Positions 48,017-61,444 of a stretch of 64,000 nucleotides of DNA are shown here, one piece after another. The notes beneath the pieces are model-generated. The model searched no databases and had not been told where the DNA came from. It saw only the letters and a program-made list of their open reading frames with translations. Position 1 is the stretch's first letter, and each line of letters starts with the position of its first letter. Source of the DNA: Scyliorhinus canicula (taxonomy: Eukaryota); contig NC_052146.1 in NCBI RefSeq assembly GCF_902713615.1, positions 144,377,875 through 144,441,874 on the forward strand, in the 5' to 3' direction. The translations under genes were made by a program, and so were the position numbers.

Positions 48017-48888
48017 GCAGTCAGAACAAACATTTTTTTTGTTATAGTGGCAGGTAGCTCGCGTTGGGAAATCTGATTCAACAGACTGACTTTGGTAGAA
48101 ATTACCTGTCAGACCCCAATTTATGCCCTGAAGAGTGTCAAAGTGGGCTGATTGAAAGACTGCAGTTCTCTGGGACCTCATCCAAATTGTTTATTTACAT
48201 TTTAGAACTTCTAGCCATCATCATTCACGCTCTCTTTAACAAATCATGATTTCCCACCCATACCCAGTGACCTCTCAGACCCTGCATGCCAACTCATGGC
48301 ACTTCTACATCCATTCATCCAGTGTATACTCTGCACTGAAACAATGATCCCTTCTGTAAAAATGGCATGTGTGGCATTGCATAAAACATCCATTCATCAT
48401 TTTCTATTAGAATAATTGCTGTTACTACAACCCTATGAAAATGTCAATCAACAAGACCATTAAAGTATCAGAACAGAAGCTGTAAGCACTTCGCACCAGT
48501 TTATCTTGTGCAAATAAACATTGAGCCATTAACAAAATAGACCACAGAAATAATAGCTTACAGCACCATAAAGTTGTCAATCAATTTTTTTACTTCTCTG
48601 TACCCATGTTAATAAGGGAATGCTTTTATGGGAGTCTGGGCTCTCAGACAAGCCTGTATAAAACAGGCTTGAAGCTGAGGTTAGCAAAAGTTTGGTTCAG
48701 CCATACAGTGGCCCAAGGGAGGATAGAATCAGTGGCAAGGGTCAGAGTTGTTGAGGGTTGAGCCAAAGAAAATAGCTTCCAGGTAATGTTTCCCTAAAAT
48801 AGTTGGACACTGGACAAACAATAGAGAGAAGAGGAGTGATGGAGAAGTGGAGTTGCATGTCACCAGGGTACATGTGGAGGCTGACTGC

Positions 48889-49467
48889 TGGGTCGGAGAA
48901 TTGCCAGGGCCACGCGAATCGCGCCACGCCGCCCCGACGCCGGGACACGATTCTCTGCTGGTACCACTGGGGCCAGCGTGGATGGCGCGGTGCTAGTTGG
49001 GGGCCGTGTAACAATTTTGCAGCCCAGATGGGCCGAGTGGCCAGAAAAAAAAACAAGTCCCGTCGGCGCCGTTCTAACATGCTCTGAGTAGGCTGGACCA
49101 TGGCGTTGAAGGGTCTGGGGGCGGCTTGTGGAGGGGGGGGGTGTGGGTTGGTGGTGAGAGGGGGGTCTGACTCCAGAGGGGGGCCTCCAATGTGGCCTGG
49201 CCAGTGAACGGGACCCACCGATCGGCGGGCCGGCCTGTCTGTCTCCTGGCCTCCTTTCTTCCACACCGGCGCCTGTACTCCTGCGCCATGTTGGGTCGGG
49301 GCTGGTACAGATAAGGGAGACACCGCCCGTGCGCAGAAATCACACCGGCTGTACTGCCCTGTAGGGGCCAGAATTGTTGATCCTTAGGCCGTGTTGACGC
49401 CGTCGAGAAACGCGATGGCGTTTCCGACAGCTTCAACACTTAGCCTCAGGATCACAGAATCACGCCC
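48889..49467. mobile_element. Harbinger-type MITE, left end truncated
   Basis: Collinear with 34795-35465 and ends AGAATCACGCCC. Confidence 0.8.
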
Positions 49468-50240
49468 CAGATCTGTGGATAGTGCCATAAAGTGTCAGCA
49501 TGCTGAGGAGGAAGAGCAGGAGACCAAAGATTGATGCTTGGGAAACTCCAGAGGTAATGATAGCGGGCACGAAGTTCAACCAGTGCTGGATTTGCTCTGG
49601 TTCCTTGTTAAGTGTCAAACCAAATAAAGATAATTGAACTTATTAGAAAATGGAGCAGAACAAGTAGTAGAGACCTGTAGTTGACTGTGCCAGAGGCTAT
49701 AGGGAAGCCAATCGGATCATGATGGGTATTGCGGTACAGTTGTTTTGACACTGGTTAGGACCATGCCATGCTTTGTCACGTCTCCTGTACTGTAGAGTTC
49801 CATAGGAGTCAAGATAGTTATATACTTACTCCCAAGTGAAGAACAATGTAATAATGCCTGATATCACATTTATAGTGAAAACTGTTGGCTAAATGGCATT
49901 ACTCCACAATGCAGATGCAAAACGATTGAATTTTCAAAGTAAAATGAGTGCTAGGGCTAAATTAATTCTGGTGCCATGCGGTAACTGTAAAGTGAATCAA
50001 AGGAAAAGAGGAACAATTTTTAATAATTGATTTGTACCAAAAAATGCAAGGAATCAAAAGGCATATTTTCCTTGCTGCAGTAATGACATCTGAATAGTTA
50101 ATCCTCAATCGTAAATCTATCGTATTAACAACAGGGAATTAATCCATCTGCAGTTATAAATGGTTTCAAACAGCCCCCAAAATGAACAAATGAATATGTA
50201 GATCTAATTCCAAGATTGTAATTCAAAATCAGAATCTCAT

Positions 50241-51047
50241 CGCCTGGATTCTCCGTTCCTCAGAACGAAGTGTTGACGCTGGAGTAGGATTTGTGGGACG
50301 CAATTCTCCCATCAGGAGATTAAGTCCCGACACCGGAGTGAAAACCGGAGTGCTTCACTCTGGCGTCGGAGACTGCTCGCAGCCCCCTATTCTCCCACCT
50401 CCGGGGGGGGGGGGGGGGGCTAGGAGCAGCGCCGTGTCATTTACACGTGCCGGGCCTTGGCGCCACGTAAAAGCAGCGCCGTGTAAATTACGCGGCCAAC
50501 GCCGCGTAAATGACATCACCAGTAACATGACTGTTTCACAATTTTTAAAAGCACAAGTGGGGGCGGCACATGGTGGAGTGGTTAGCACTGGGACTGCGGC
50601 GCTGAAGACCCAGGTTCGAATCCCGGTCCTGAGTCACTGTCCCTGTGGAGTTTGCACATTCTTCCCGTGTCTGTGTGGGTTTCACCCCCCAACCCAAAGA
50701 TGTGCAGGTTAGGTGGCTTGGCCACATTAAATTGCCCCTTAATTGGAAAAAAAATTGAGTACTCTAAATTCATTTAAAAAAAAGCAAAAGTGAACCTCGT
50801 TGTCAGGAATTTGGCCCATTGGAGGCGGAGAATCGCGGAGGCCCTGAAGAATACCGGACCAGGCTCGCAAACGATATGCCAACGGCGTTTACTGTATGTG
50901 CATTCTGGAATGCATAACTGCTGTTGAAGTGTCGGAGAATTGCGTTTTGCCATGAAATCGGCGCCCACCACGATTTCGGCATTGGAACCGATTCTACGCT
51001 CAATCGACTTTCCCGATTCCTGTGTCAGCCGACAGAGAATCCCACCC
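50241..51047. mobile_element. Nested MITEs with an internal short HE1-related SINE (50559-50782)
   Basis: Outer ends CTGGATTCTCC...GAGAATCCCACCC. Inner ends about 50295 (GGGACGCAATTCTCC) to about 50840 (GGAGAATCGCG). Confidence 0.7.
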
Positions 51048-51069
51048 CATAATTTTCACGATGCATTAT

Positions 51070-51392
51070 CCAGCACGGTGGCACAGTGGTTAGCACTGCT
51101 GCCTCAAAGTGCCAGGGTTCCATTCCGACCTCAGGTGACCGTTTCTGTGGAGTTTGCACATTCTCCCCATGTCTGCGTGGGTTTCCTCCAAGTGCTCTGG
51201 TTTCCTCCCAGATTCCGAAAGATATACAGGTTAGGTGGATTGGCCATGCTAAATTGCCCCTTAGTGTCCAAAGGTTAGGTAGGGTTACAGGATGGGGTAG
51301 GTGATTGGGCCTAGGTGATGATCTCTGTTGGCTGGTTGGTGCAGACTCAGTGGGCTGAATGGCTCCTTCTGCTCTGTAGGAATTATATGATT
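51070..51392 (+). mobile_element. HE1-type V-SINE (older)
   Basis: Head, V-domain and tail are present but diverged. Confidence 0.85.
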
Positions 51393-51699
51393 ATCTCTCA
51401 AACTTGAATTTCAATTTCTGTAATTTCTCATTTCATATTTTTAAATTAGCCCTTGGTTTGGATGGTGTTATCTGGTCACACTTTGGCTTCCTAATTGCCT
51501 TTTTAGTATGTGAATTTTAAAATTCACATCGTAAATTAACTTTTCTTAAGCTTTTGCTGGCATGTGGAAACTTAATTCCTTTTAATTAATAACCCTAGCT
51601 TCTAGTGGATAATAATCACCTTTTAATTCTGAAAATCCCAGTTTTATCTAAAGGTGAGCACTGATCCAGAAGTTAGATTAGGATTCCTAATTCCCTACT

Positions 51700-53975
51700 C
51701 GAGCATGAAATGAGGCCAATGCGAATAAGGAGGAAAGCTCTGCACTGGTAGTGGTCATACCTGTGACAGGGACTGGTTTAGCACAGTGGGCTAAACAGCT
51801 GACTTGTAATGCAGAACAAGGCAAGCAGCGCGGGTTCAATTCCCGTACCCGTCTCCCCGAACAGGTGCCGGAATATGGCGACTAGGGGCTTTTCACAGTA
51901 ACTTCATTGAAGCCTACTTGTGACAATAAGCGATGTTATTATTAGTTGTTGGAGGTCAAACCATTTCAGTCTCATTGAGTCATCACTGCAGGAGTTCCTC
52001 AGGGCTGTGTCCTATTGTACCGTTGGGAACAACCCCACTTTCAAACAGGACTCATTTTTTCGGGCCCAGGAGGGAAATGCCCCACCGAAGCCACACTTGG
52101 GCACATTTCCTGCACTGAGGAGCACCGTTCGCTAGTGCAAGAAAAGATCTAGGCACCATTTTTCAATTGTGCCCAATCTCTCAACCCCCCCAATGCCCCA
52201 ACTCACTTTTTGGGGTCCTTAAGCCCCCTTGCTCCCACACCTCATGCAGGCAGGATACCCCGTGTCCGGCCCACATCATAAGCAAAATGTCACCTGGGCA
52301 CCTTGGCAGTGCCAGCCTGGAACATTGGCAGTGCCCCTGCCAGGCTGACAGTGCTACCAGGGCAATCTGGCAGAAACTGGCTGCTACCCGGGTGGCAGTG
52401 TTCGGGTGCCAGGCTTTCTGTATCACAGTGCCCAGGTTGCATCAGCAGTGAGGGTGCCAACCTTCCCGGGGCCAACTAGCCTGGCCTCCATTCTCCTTGT
52501 GGACCCCCCCCCCCCCAAGTGCATTCCATCTGGTCCCTGTTTGTGGGGACCAATGCTGAACGGAGTCTGGCTGGGTTCTTCTCGGTGAAGCCGATAGATC
52601 CTGGAGGCAGAGGCAGTGAGCAATTAAGCAGGATCCAGATTGTGACGTTGTGCGAGATTTCGTCAGATCTCGAGTGGCATAACAACTGTCAGGAACCCCG
52701 GAAGAGGCCTCTCACTGCATCCAATCCCGATGCCGGTGGACACGGCCAGTAAATCGCAACCAATGAAGCAGTCTACGGTCACATGCAGAAAGTTGGAAAA
52801 CAAAATCCAGGTTTGGGCTGATAATTGACAAGTAACATTTGTCTGTCAGGCAATGACAGGCTCCAACAAGAGAGATTTCTGCTGTCTCTCCTCGACATTC
52901 TACAGCATTTTCAATGTTGAATCCTCCATCATCCCTGGGGGTCATCATTGACCAAAACTGAACCGTATCACTTATATAAATACTGTGGCTAAAAGGGCCG
53001 ATTACAGGCTGGAAATTCCGCACAAGGTGACTCACCCACTTCCAAAGTTTGTCCGCTATCTACGTGGTACACACTAGGACTGTAATGGAATAGTCTTCAA
53101 ATGCAAGATGACTATAGATCCAACAACACTCAAGCAGCTTGACATCAACCGGGGCAAAACACTTGATCGGCATCACACCTACCACGGTAAACACACACTC
53201 TCTCCACCACTGGCATAAAAGTGGTTGCAGTGTATGTTGCATGTACATGATGTCCTGCAGCAACTCACAAACATTTTATTGACAGTACCTTTCAAGCTTG
53301 TGACCACTACCATCTAGAAGGATAATGGGAGCAGATGGATGGGAACACCACCAACTCTAAATATTGTACGGGGGGAGGGGGGGGGGGTGAAGATCAAGGA
53401 GAGGTGGAAGGGGGAGCTGGGAGGGGAGATAAACTGGGGAGTATGGCGTGAACACTACGAAGGGTAAATGCGACCTCCTCATTCGCAAGGATGAACCTTA
53501 TACAATTCGACGCGGTACACAGGGTACATATGGTGCAGGCAAGGATGAGTGGTTTTTTTGAGGGGGAGGCAGACTAGTGAGAGAGGTGTGCGCAGGGACC
53601 AGCGAATCATGAACATATGGTCTGGGGCTGCGAAAAATTGGAGCGATCCTGGGCCTAAGTGTTGGCGACACGAGCAAGGATAATGGGGAGGAGGTTGAGC
53701 CGGACCCTTTGCTGGCGATATTTGGAGCATTGGAGAAGCCGGAGCTGATGAAGGGGAGGAAGGCAACACATTTTACTGGAGTGGCGGTTAGCAACGCCAC
53801 CAGGGATAGCGGCCTGACTGGGGGACTTTTATGACTTTCTTCGGCTGGAAAAGATCAAATACGAGTAATGGACTACAGTGGTTCAAGATGGCTGCTCACC
53901 ACGACCTTCACAAGGACAATTAGAGACAGGCAATAAATACTGGCCTTGACAGTGGCACTTACATTCTGTGAATGA
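51700..53975 (+). mobile_element. Old CR1/L2-type LINE 3' part with nested SINE (51769-51945), MITE (about 52015-52760) and L1 piece
   Basis: GVPQG motif near 51990, collinear with 26380-26850, and a 3' tail at 53890-53975. Confidence 0.7.
53365..53860 (+). mobile_element. L1-clade ORF2 C-terminal fragment
   Basis: WEGELGGEINWG..RRVNATSS.ARMNLIQF..VHRVHM..RC..GPANHEHMVWGCEKLERSW, the Cys/His-rich L1 C-terminus. Confidence 0.8.
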
Positions 53976-54409
53976 ATGAAGAAAAGCTCAATAAAGATTG
54001 TTCAGTTATTCATGATTATGCTGGTGTTAATTTTATGGAGGGACTCTCACAATGAAATAACTTTAAATCAACATGATTCCATTAAACACATTTAGTAATT
54101 AGTTCAGGAGAGCAGCCAGATTTGTTCAAATGTACATTTATGTTGATTGCTCAATGACAGATGTTTGCTAGAAATGTAATGGAACTTTAGAGTGCTACAA
54201 AATCAGTGTGATGCTGCTGGCCTGTGGTTCTATTAATTGTTAGTGATCACCACATATCATGATTCATTGGGATATACATGGACAGGCATTTTACACTCCC
54301 TTAACTTTTACTAATCTCTGCAACTCTTGGCTGTACATATTTCAAAAAGTGACCAAAATATGATTAAATTTAATGTGAAGTTTGAGAATAGGGAAGGAAA
54401 AGTGACAAG

Positions 54410-55115
54410 AGGCGGAATTCTCCCATCTGGGAATAAGTCCCATGGCGGAGGCAAGAACAGGGAATTTTTCCTGCTGCGAAGGTGGATGAGAAATTAGGCC
54501 ATATCTTCCATCTCTTGCATCCGAGCATTTTGCGCCATCTTCCATGGCAGGGAGGGGAGGGCTTGATGACACATGCACTGCCATCATACTCAGGTGCCAT
54601 ATCGAAAAGGTGCTCCAAATCACTGACACACCATTGAAAAAAAAAGATGGTCCTCCAGGAATACTCGAGTTCAGAAGGTGGACCTCCTCCAAGGCGCTCA
54701 AGCTGGAAAATTCACCGTTCCCCTCCCTCACCCACTGCTGTAGTATTCCAGGGTACATGGCGATATCCATCACGAACCCCGAGGGCAGCCCTCGGCCTCC
54801 TTCAGGTAAGATCCGACTTTTGCATGCCATGTTGATCCCGATGTATTCTAGAATGCCGTATTTTCCTGCTGGTGTCACGGAGAGTCGGGAATGGGTTGAA
54901 AGTTTACGATCAGGCGTTCATCTGCATCACATTAGCGGGATGCAAATACGTTTCACATCAATCTCCAGCAGGATTCCTGATCCACCATGGTGGACACCAG
55001 CCTAAGATACTGCTGTAAATTCACACCTGCATGAAATTTTGGGCCTTCCGCCATATTCTCTTCCCCCACCCACCCACCTGCCATTGAACACACTGGTGGG
55101 GCATGGGTGAATTCA
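54410..55115. mobile_element. Old Harbinger-type MITE
   Basis: Left end GGCGGAATTCTCCCATCTGGGAATAAGTCC resembles 50295-50330. Confidence 0.55.
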
Positions 55116-55189
55116 TAAGGAGGGCTTAGGTATTGGTCCTAATGATTGGGAGGAAAAAATTAACGTGTGATTCAAACTTGCAGGTGGCA

Positions 55190-55820
55190 CAATGGAAGAG
55201 AGGTGGAAGCTATGAGATTGTAAACAGGAAGTTACAAAAGGACTTTAACAAACTAAGTGAACGAGCAAACTTTTGCGAGAACATCCACTTTGCATCTGAG
55301 AAAGAGAAATTGAGACAATTACTTCACAGTGACAGACAAGGAACTGGAAAGAAGCAAAGATGCCCCACACAAACCACAGGGAGTTTGTACATTGATACAA
55401 AAAGTAGGAAAAAAGGTGAATAGAATGTTGGGCTTTGTTACAAGTGGGTTGGTATTCCAAAGTGTAGCAATTACTTCAGTAATTCAGAACTTAATTCAGA
55501 TCCATACCTGGAGTATAGCATTCAGTTTTCAGCATTGCAGCTCAAGAAAGATACATTGGCTTGAGAAAATCTATGGTACAGATTTACCGTAAGATAAAAT
55601 TATGAGGATGGGTTGCATACATTTAGCTTGCATTTCCTTTTGTTTAAAAGGTGATCCAATAACGTAGATAAAATCTATTTCCTCTGGCAAAGGGATCCAG
55701 ATGAAGAGTGTACCACCTTAAAATTAGTGCTCGGTCATTGGAAAGTGAAATTCAGAGCCATGAGTTCACAGAAATGGTACTGTGGCTCTGGAATTCACTC
55801 CTCCATCAGCTGTGAATGCT
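55190..55820 (+). mobile_element. Highly decayed CR1 3' fragment
   Basis: LQKDFNKLSE, KKVNRMLGFV and WNSLP remnants. Confidence 0.65.
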
Positions 55821-55884
55821 GGATCAATTGCACTTTTCAAGACTGAGAACAACAAGTTTTTATTCTGGCAGGATTGAACAAATG

Positions 55885-56112
55885 GGGAGATGGTGGTGTA
55901 GTGGTATTGTCACTGGACTAGTAATCCAGAGATCCAGAATACACTGGGATCCCAGGTTCAAATCCCACCACTGCCGATGGTGAAATTTCAATTCAATAAA
56001 AATCTGGAAAGATGACTATGTTGATTGTCGTAAAAACCCATCTGGTTCACTAATGTCCTTTAGAGAAGGAAATCTGCTGTCCTTACCTGAACTGGCCTGT
56101 CTGTGACTCCTC
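55885..56112 (+). mobile_element. tRNA-derived SINE of a different abundant elasmobranch family
   Basis: A-box TGGTGTAGTGG, B-box GGTTCAAATCCC and body AAACCCATCTGGTTCACTAATGTCCTTTAG. Confidence 0.7.
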
Positions 56113-56124
56113 AGATGGTAATTT

Positions 56125-56439
56125 CATAGAATTTACAGTGTAGAAGGAGGCCATTCGGCCCATTGAGTCTGCACTGCCTCTTGGAAAGAGCATCCTACCC
56201 AAGCCCATACCTCCACCCTATCCCCATAACCCAGTAACCCCACCCGACACTAAGTGCAATTTTGGACACTAAGGGCAATTTAGCATGGCCAGTCCACCTA
56301 ACCTGCACATCTTTGGACTGTAGGAGGGACACGGACACACGGGGAGAACAGACACAGACACTGACCCAAGCCAGGAATTGAACTTGGGACCCTGAAGCTG
56401 TGAAGCAATTGTGCTCACCACTATGCTACCGTGCTGCCC
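56125..56439 (-). mobile_element. HE1-type V-SINE with internal deletions
   Basis: Reverse complement of the 18398 type. Confidence 0.88.
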
Positions 56440-57907
56440 TGAATAATGCCAGAGTTTCTCAAATGGGATCACAATAAAAGAGTGCTCCATCTTTAAATAA
56501 CATGTTTTAGCAATAATGAATTATGATTCGGAAAATAGAATTCAGCTTTCTTATCATGTCTCGTATTCTCTGCAGTTTTGCAATCAGAAAATAGATTCAG
56601 GTGGCTGAAGGTAATTCGGCGATTTGACAGATTTTTACAGGAGCAAAAGCAAACCATTTGAAAAATTATTGCTAATTCTGAGACATTAGAACAGAAGAAT
56701 TCAACTGTCTGACTCAGAATCAAGCTGAAAGCACAGGACAAATGGGCCATTAAATGCTGTTCTGCGCAGCAAATAAATATTGCATAACTTTCCAAAAATA
56801 ATAATTCTTTCAAATTCAATTTTTTTGATGTGTGACTCCACAATTTTGTCAAAATTCTAATCAATTCTGAAACAGCAACACAATGCACCATAACACAGTC
56901 AACCCCGATGTCGATGGATGTTCCCAGTGCCACGCTAATAGATTTTGTTTCTGCTCAGGGAAACAGTCGCTTTTGAGTGGACCAATCTAATTAAACTGCA
57001 AGCTGGTTGCAGGTTTCAAATTTTATACAATCTGGACTTAAGTGGCTTCCACACGTTGATTTCAGAACTGTTGCCAATTGAACAAATGTTGTCAAATGAG
57101 CGAAAGAAAATTTGATTAAAATTTTAGAAAATTAGGTTTTTATTTGATGTGGAGTAATGCAAAGTTAGGGAAAATTTGACTGGCATCATTTATACGAAAT
57201 GGAATATCCTCTGCCAAAAGCAGGAAAACACTATTTACCAATGTGACAGGATGATGTGACATTGTCAATCAGAAATGTTAACAGTTTGAATTTATTCATT
57301 GCGTCCTTATTTTAAATGGCAGCTCTGGCAAGTATTGGAGTATTATTCAGCTTGAGCATTTTTATTTCTTGAGTTGACAGGGTGTTTGTAGCACGATAGG
57401 AATATTGGTAGTTCCAAGACAAAATTAACAGTTACGGTATGTAGTACACCAAACTAGATAAGACATTGACTGACGGGGAAGTAATTTCACTTAATTCAAG
57501 TTTAATTTACTCTGTTCATCATAAGTTATATTTTTAGACCTACAGCATGCCCCAATCAGCATGTAAAATTACATTCCTCTCTATTTTAACTTCTTTCTTT
57601 TCACAACAATCGCTTTATAGTGTTTTGAATTAATTCTTTCATTTTATTCGCATAAAACCGAACACACGCATGGATTTTTAAATTAATTATACAAGGAAAA
57701 TGAAAATGGGCCCCTTAGGATTTGTCATTTTGGAGGAATTTTGTGTGGTCATGGATGAGTAAAGACAATACATTATATACTTTGCACAATTTTGGGGGAA
57801 TCTATTCGACTGCAATTTATTTCAAAGCTATTTAATGATTCATAGGATTTGAAGTAATTCAAAATCCATTTTAAAACACCATTATGATCAGTAAGATAAA
57901 AACTGCC

Positions 57908-58141
57908 TGTGATGAACGGTATTAATAACTGCTGTAAACGGTACCTGACCTTTAATACCTTGCCCCTTTAAGAGGCTTGGAACCCTGGGGGACTCTGCCT
58001 CTGGCTATGCCCCCAGGAAACGGTATATAGGATAAGGCTCCATGTGGTGAGCACACTTCTCTCGGATGCTGTTCAGTTCTCTGTAGATCAAAGCCTTTTG
58101 ATTACCAACCTCACTCTCGCGTCGTAATTCAGGGTGCCTTA
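57908..58141 (+). mobile_element. Gypsy solo LTR
   Basis: TGTGATG start, GC-box-like and TATATA motifs, and an end TAATTCAGGGTGCCTTA resembling the Gypsy-2 LTR end. The TSD is weak (CTGCC/GTGAC). Confidence 0.6.
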
Positions 58142-58809
58142 GTGACCCATATAATTAAACACTATATGTTTAATATACTGACCTACAATCCCTTTATTTT
58201 TAAGCATGTTTGAGTTTGGCAGTTTTGGAGTGGAGGGAAAGAAGGATGTTTTTCTTTAGTTTTTGAACTTCCCAGCTGTTCTCATCAAATATATGACAGC
58301 CATGTCTTTTTTTTAATCAAAACTAAGATTACGATAGACAGACCAAAAGGTTTTATTAGAAAATAAAAAGGGTTCTTTCACACAACATAAGTTTTTTTTA
58401 TAGCAGTGTAAAATTGCTATTTAAGAATACGATATATAAGCCACAGTCAACGATGACAATCTAGAGTGGCATAAAACTCATTTAATTGTGTGCAGTAGTG
58501 TGCCTCCATGTTGTCATAAAATGTTTATGGACACTCCGACCTCAATGTAATGTCTGCCTTGGGAGCAAAATATTTTTCAAGTTTTAACAAGGTAATTGTC
58601 ATGGCAAATCTAAAATGAACTGACTGGAGTGAAGGCCCTGTGGCCCTTGGATAAAGTAGCAGTAAAACTCAGAACCATATGAAAAGCGGATTACAAAGTG
58701 GATATGTTCCTACATTAGGTGGAACAATGCTTTTTGGAATACTTAACTAAATGATGCTGTAAGTTGTCCATCATTGAATGAAGAAAGCAACATCCAATTA
58801 ATTTACACA

Positions 58810-59136
58810 AACATAGAACAGTACAGCACAGAACAGGCCCTTCAGCCCTCGATGTTGTGCCGAGCAATGATCACCCTACTTAAACCCACGTAACCCGTAT
58901 ACCCGTAACCCAACAATCCCCTCATTAACCTTACACTACGGGCAATTTAGCATAGCCAATCCACCTAACCCGCATATCTTTGGACTGTGGGAGGAAACCG
59001 GAGCACCCGGAGGAAACCCACGCACACACGGGGAGGACGTGCAGACTCCACACAGACAGTGACCCAGCCGGGAATCGAACCTGGGACCCTGGAGCTGTGA
59101 AGCATTGATGCTAACCACCATGCTACCGTGAGGCCC
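58810..59136 (-). mobile_element. HE1-type V-SINE (young subfamily)
   Basis: Nearly identical to 33980-34311. Confidence 0.93.
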
Positions 59137-59158
59137 CAAACCTGAACCAAAACCAGCA

Positions 59159-59557
59159 GGGCTGGTGTAATGACCTCCAATTAGCATTATTGGTTGGCCA
59201 ATTGGAGTATGAGCTCCCTCAATGATGGCTCATTGAGGGTGCCCATATAAGCACCTGTGTAGGCTTTGTGAGCAGGCTTAAGTTGACTGGAATGCTAGCA
59301 GCACTGTTTAGAGCTGCTCTTGTATCTAGTTATTGGAAATAAATATTGGTGTGGTGACGGGACTCCTGCCTCCTGTGGATTATTACAGCTGGTTCAGCTC
59401 ACTGGGATAAATCGCTGGCTTTTAAAGCAGACTATGCAAGCCAGCAGCACGGTTCGATTCCTGTACCAGCCTCCCCGGACAGGCGCCGGAATGTGGTGAC
59501 TAGGGGCTTTTCACAGTAACTTCATTGAAGCCTACTCGTGACAAAAAGCAATTTTCA
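59159..59557 (+). mobile_element. Short tRNA-derived SINE split by the solo LTR
   Basis: Removing the LTR and one TSD restores GGGCTGGTTCAGCTCACTGGG..., matching the head at 51769. Confidence 0.82.
59166..59387 (+). mobile_element. Solo LTR (222 bp)
   Basis: TGTAAT...ATTACA ends, perfect TSD GCTGG (59161-59165 and 59388-59392), and CCAAT, TATAA and AATAAA in order. Confidence 0.9.
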
Positions 59558-60547
59558 ACTGAACTAGTTGTTTGGGAATGTGTCAGTCCTGCTTTCCTCT
59601 TTGTTGTGATAGGCAATCCCCGTTATACTCACAACACAGTAATTCCGAGGACTCAACAAGGTACAACAAAGTATGATATTTGTGCTATTTTAGTTTGATG
59701 TACGTAAAAGGAAAATGAAAACAGTATTTTTTTTTCACCAACCAAGGGTTTAAGAGGTTACTGACACCTCCTTGTTTCAGAAAGGCAGTGAGAGTAAATA
59801 AAACAGCTCATTTAAAAGTGTGAAATAATATTAAATTGTGGAAATGACAATCAGTGCAATTCAAATGCTTGCTGTTATTTTGTGTGAAACTGGTTTCTAT
59901 CACATTGAAAATCCATTTTCCATGCTACGACATCAGGCATAAGATTTCTTTAGTGTCATGTGTTAACGTGCCTAGTTCCTATGTGTGGAAGCAAAAAATA
60001 AACCTCACTGTTTAATCATTAATGAATAATGCACGTGAGTAAAATTGATATCTTTTTCAAAAGAATTGCGTTGGGATAAAAATCATGAATTTTGTTTGGT
60101 TCCTTGGCATGTTCAGACTCAAAGAGCTCTCAGTTGTGTTTAGCGTCTCTATTGAACTGAGGTCAGTTCACATTTTATTCCAAGAAATAGCTTAATTATG
60201 AAACAGCTCTCAATGATGAGGTAAGGCTTGGGAGTGGCTCCCCGGGCACTGTCTACATGTTTCATCTACAGTTTGCTTTGTACATTTAATCAGTTCTCTG
60301 ACTGTGATTGACCAAACAGGCTCAAGCAATTGTAGAATTTTAAATGCAAGGTGTGGCAAGTGTAATTTTCACAATCTTCAACACAAGTTTAGAAAGTAAC
60401 ATGCTAGAAGATGTGATAGAACAAAGCAAGCCACGCTCCCAAACTGAAATATGAGCATGGTGACTTTCTCCAAATTGTGCCTGCGCGAAGAGGCCTTTCA
60501 AATTAAGTTCATTTGCTTTTTGGCACTCAGCACTAATTAGAGATGTT

Positions 60548-61444
60548 GGGCAAAAATTTCCGCCTTGCAACTCCGAAAACGCAAATCTTGCTGGGGTGGA
60601 GAATAGGGTATCCGACCAAAATCGAGGTCTGCGCCCTATGCCGATTCGGGAGACATGCTCTGATCCCTCTCTGGTGATGATATCAAGGTTTGCAGTGGGT
60701 CTCCTCATTGGGTGGGCCATGTGTTATCCCACCAGTGGCAGAACCTGGTGGGCCAGTGATTGAGCTTGGCTACACCCATCCCATTGGTGATTGATGAGTC
60801 AGCTGGGGTCTGAGGGTTTCGAGAGGAGCGGCCTGGATGGGCTCCCAAATGACCAGAGAGTGAACATTTACAGGACACAGTGAGCAGTCAGCAGAGTGAG
60901 CAGCCAGGGTCTGTAACTATACTAAATGGGTGCATTTAAAACAAATATTGCAGCAATTGCGTTGTGGGCCAGGCCACTTCAATCCTGAGGGGGATGTCCA
61001 GAATCCACAGCGCTGTCAGCAAGTTGCTCCCTGCTACTTCCCCCCCAGCCCTGGGAGCCACCCCCAGCAAGCGCTAAGTTTTAAACATCTTCGATAACTC
61101 TTCCTACCTTCTCTCACCTCCTCAGCAGCATGGCACCCAATCCCCGCTTGTAAATACATGTATTGAACCGTGCCCGCATGGATTCCACCTAACAGGGGCA
61201 GAGCATCGTGGAGGCACAGAGCATATTGGATCAGGCATTGATCAGGCTAATCATATTGAAATGCCTGCAAATCCCTGTTATACATGCTGGTGTGGCTCGC
61301 GAACCTCGGTATCACCACCAGCGAGAGACTGGAGCATAGTGTTTGGTTCGGCGCCTGGTGCGAACCTCAATTTCGGCCGGACGCCCAATTCAATGCCAGA
61401 TCGCGAAACACATTTCCGGTATTGTGGGGCAGAGAATCCAGTCC
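60548..61444. mobile_element. Old Harbinger-type MITE
   Basis: GGGCAAAAATTTCC...AGAATCCAGTCC ends and GC-rich interior. Confidence 0.55.

Noticed and set aside
33980-59136. Near-identical segments at 33980-34311 and 58810-59136 as a segmental duplication
   Set aside because: Identity ends at the SINE boundaries, so these are independent insertions of a young subfamily.
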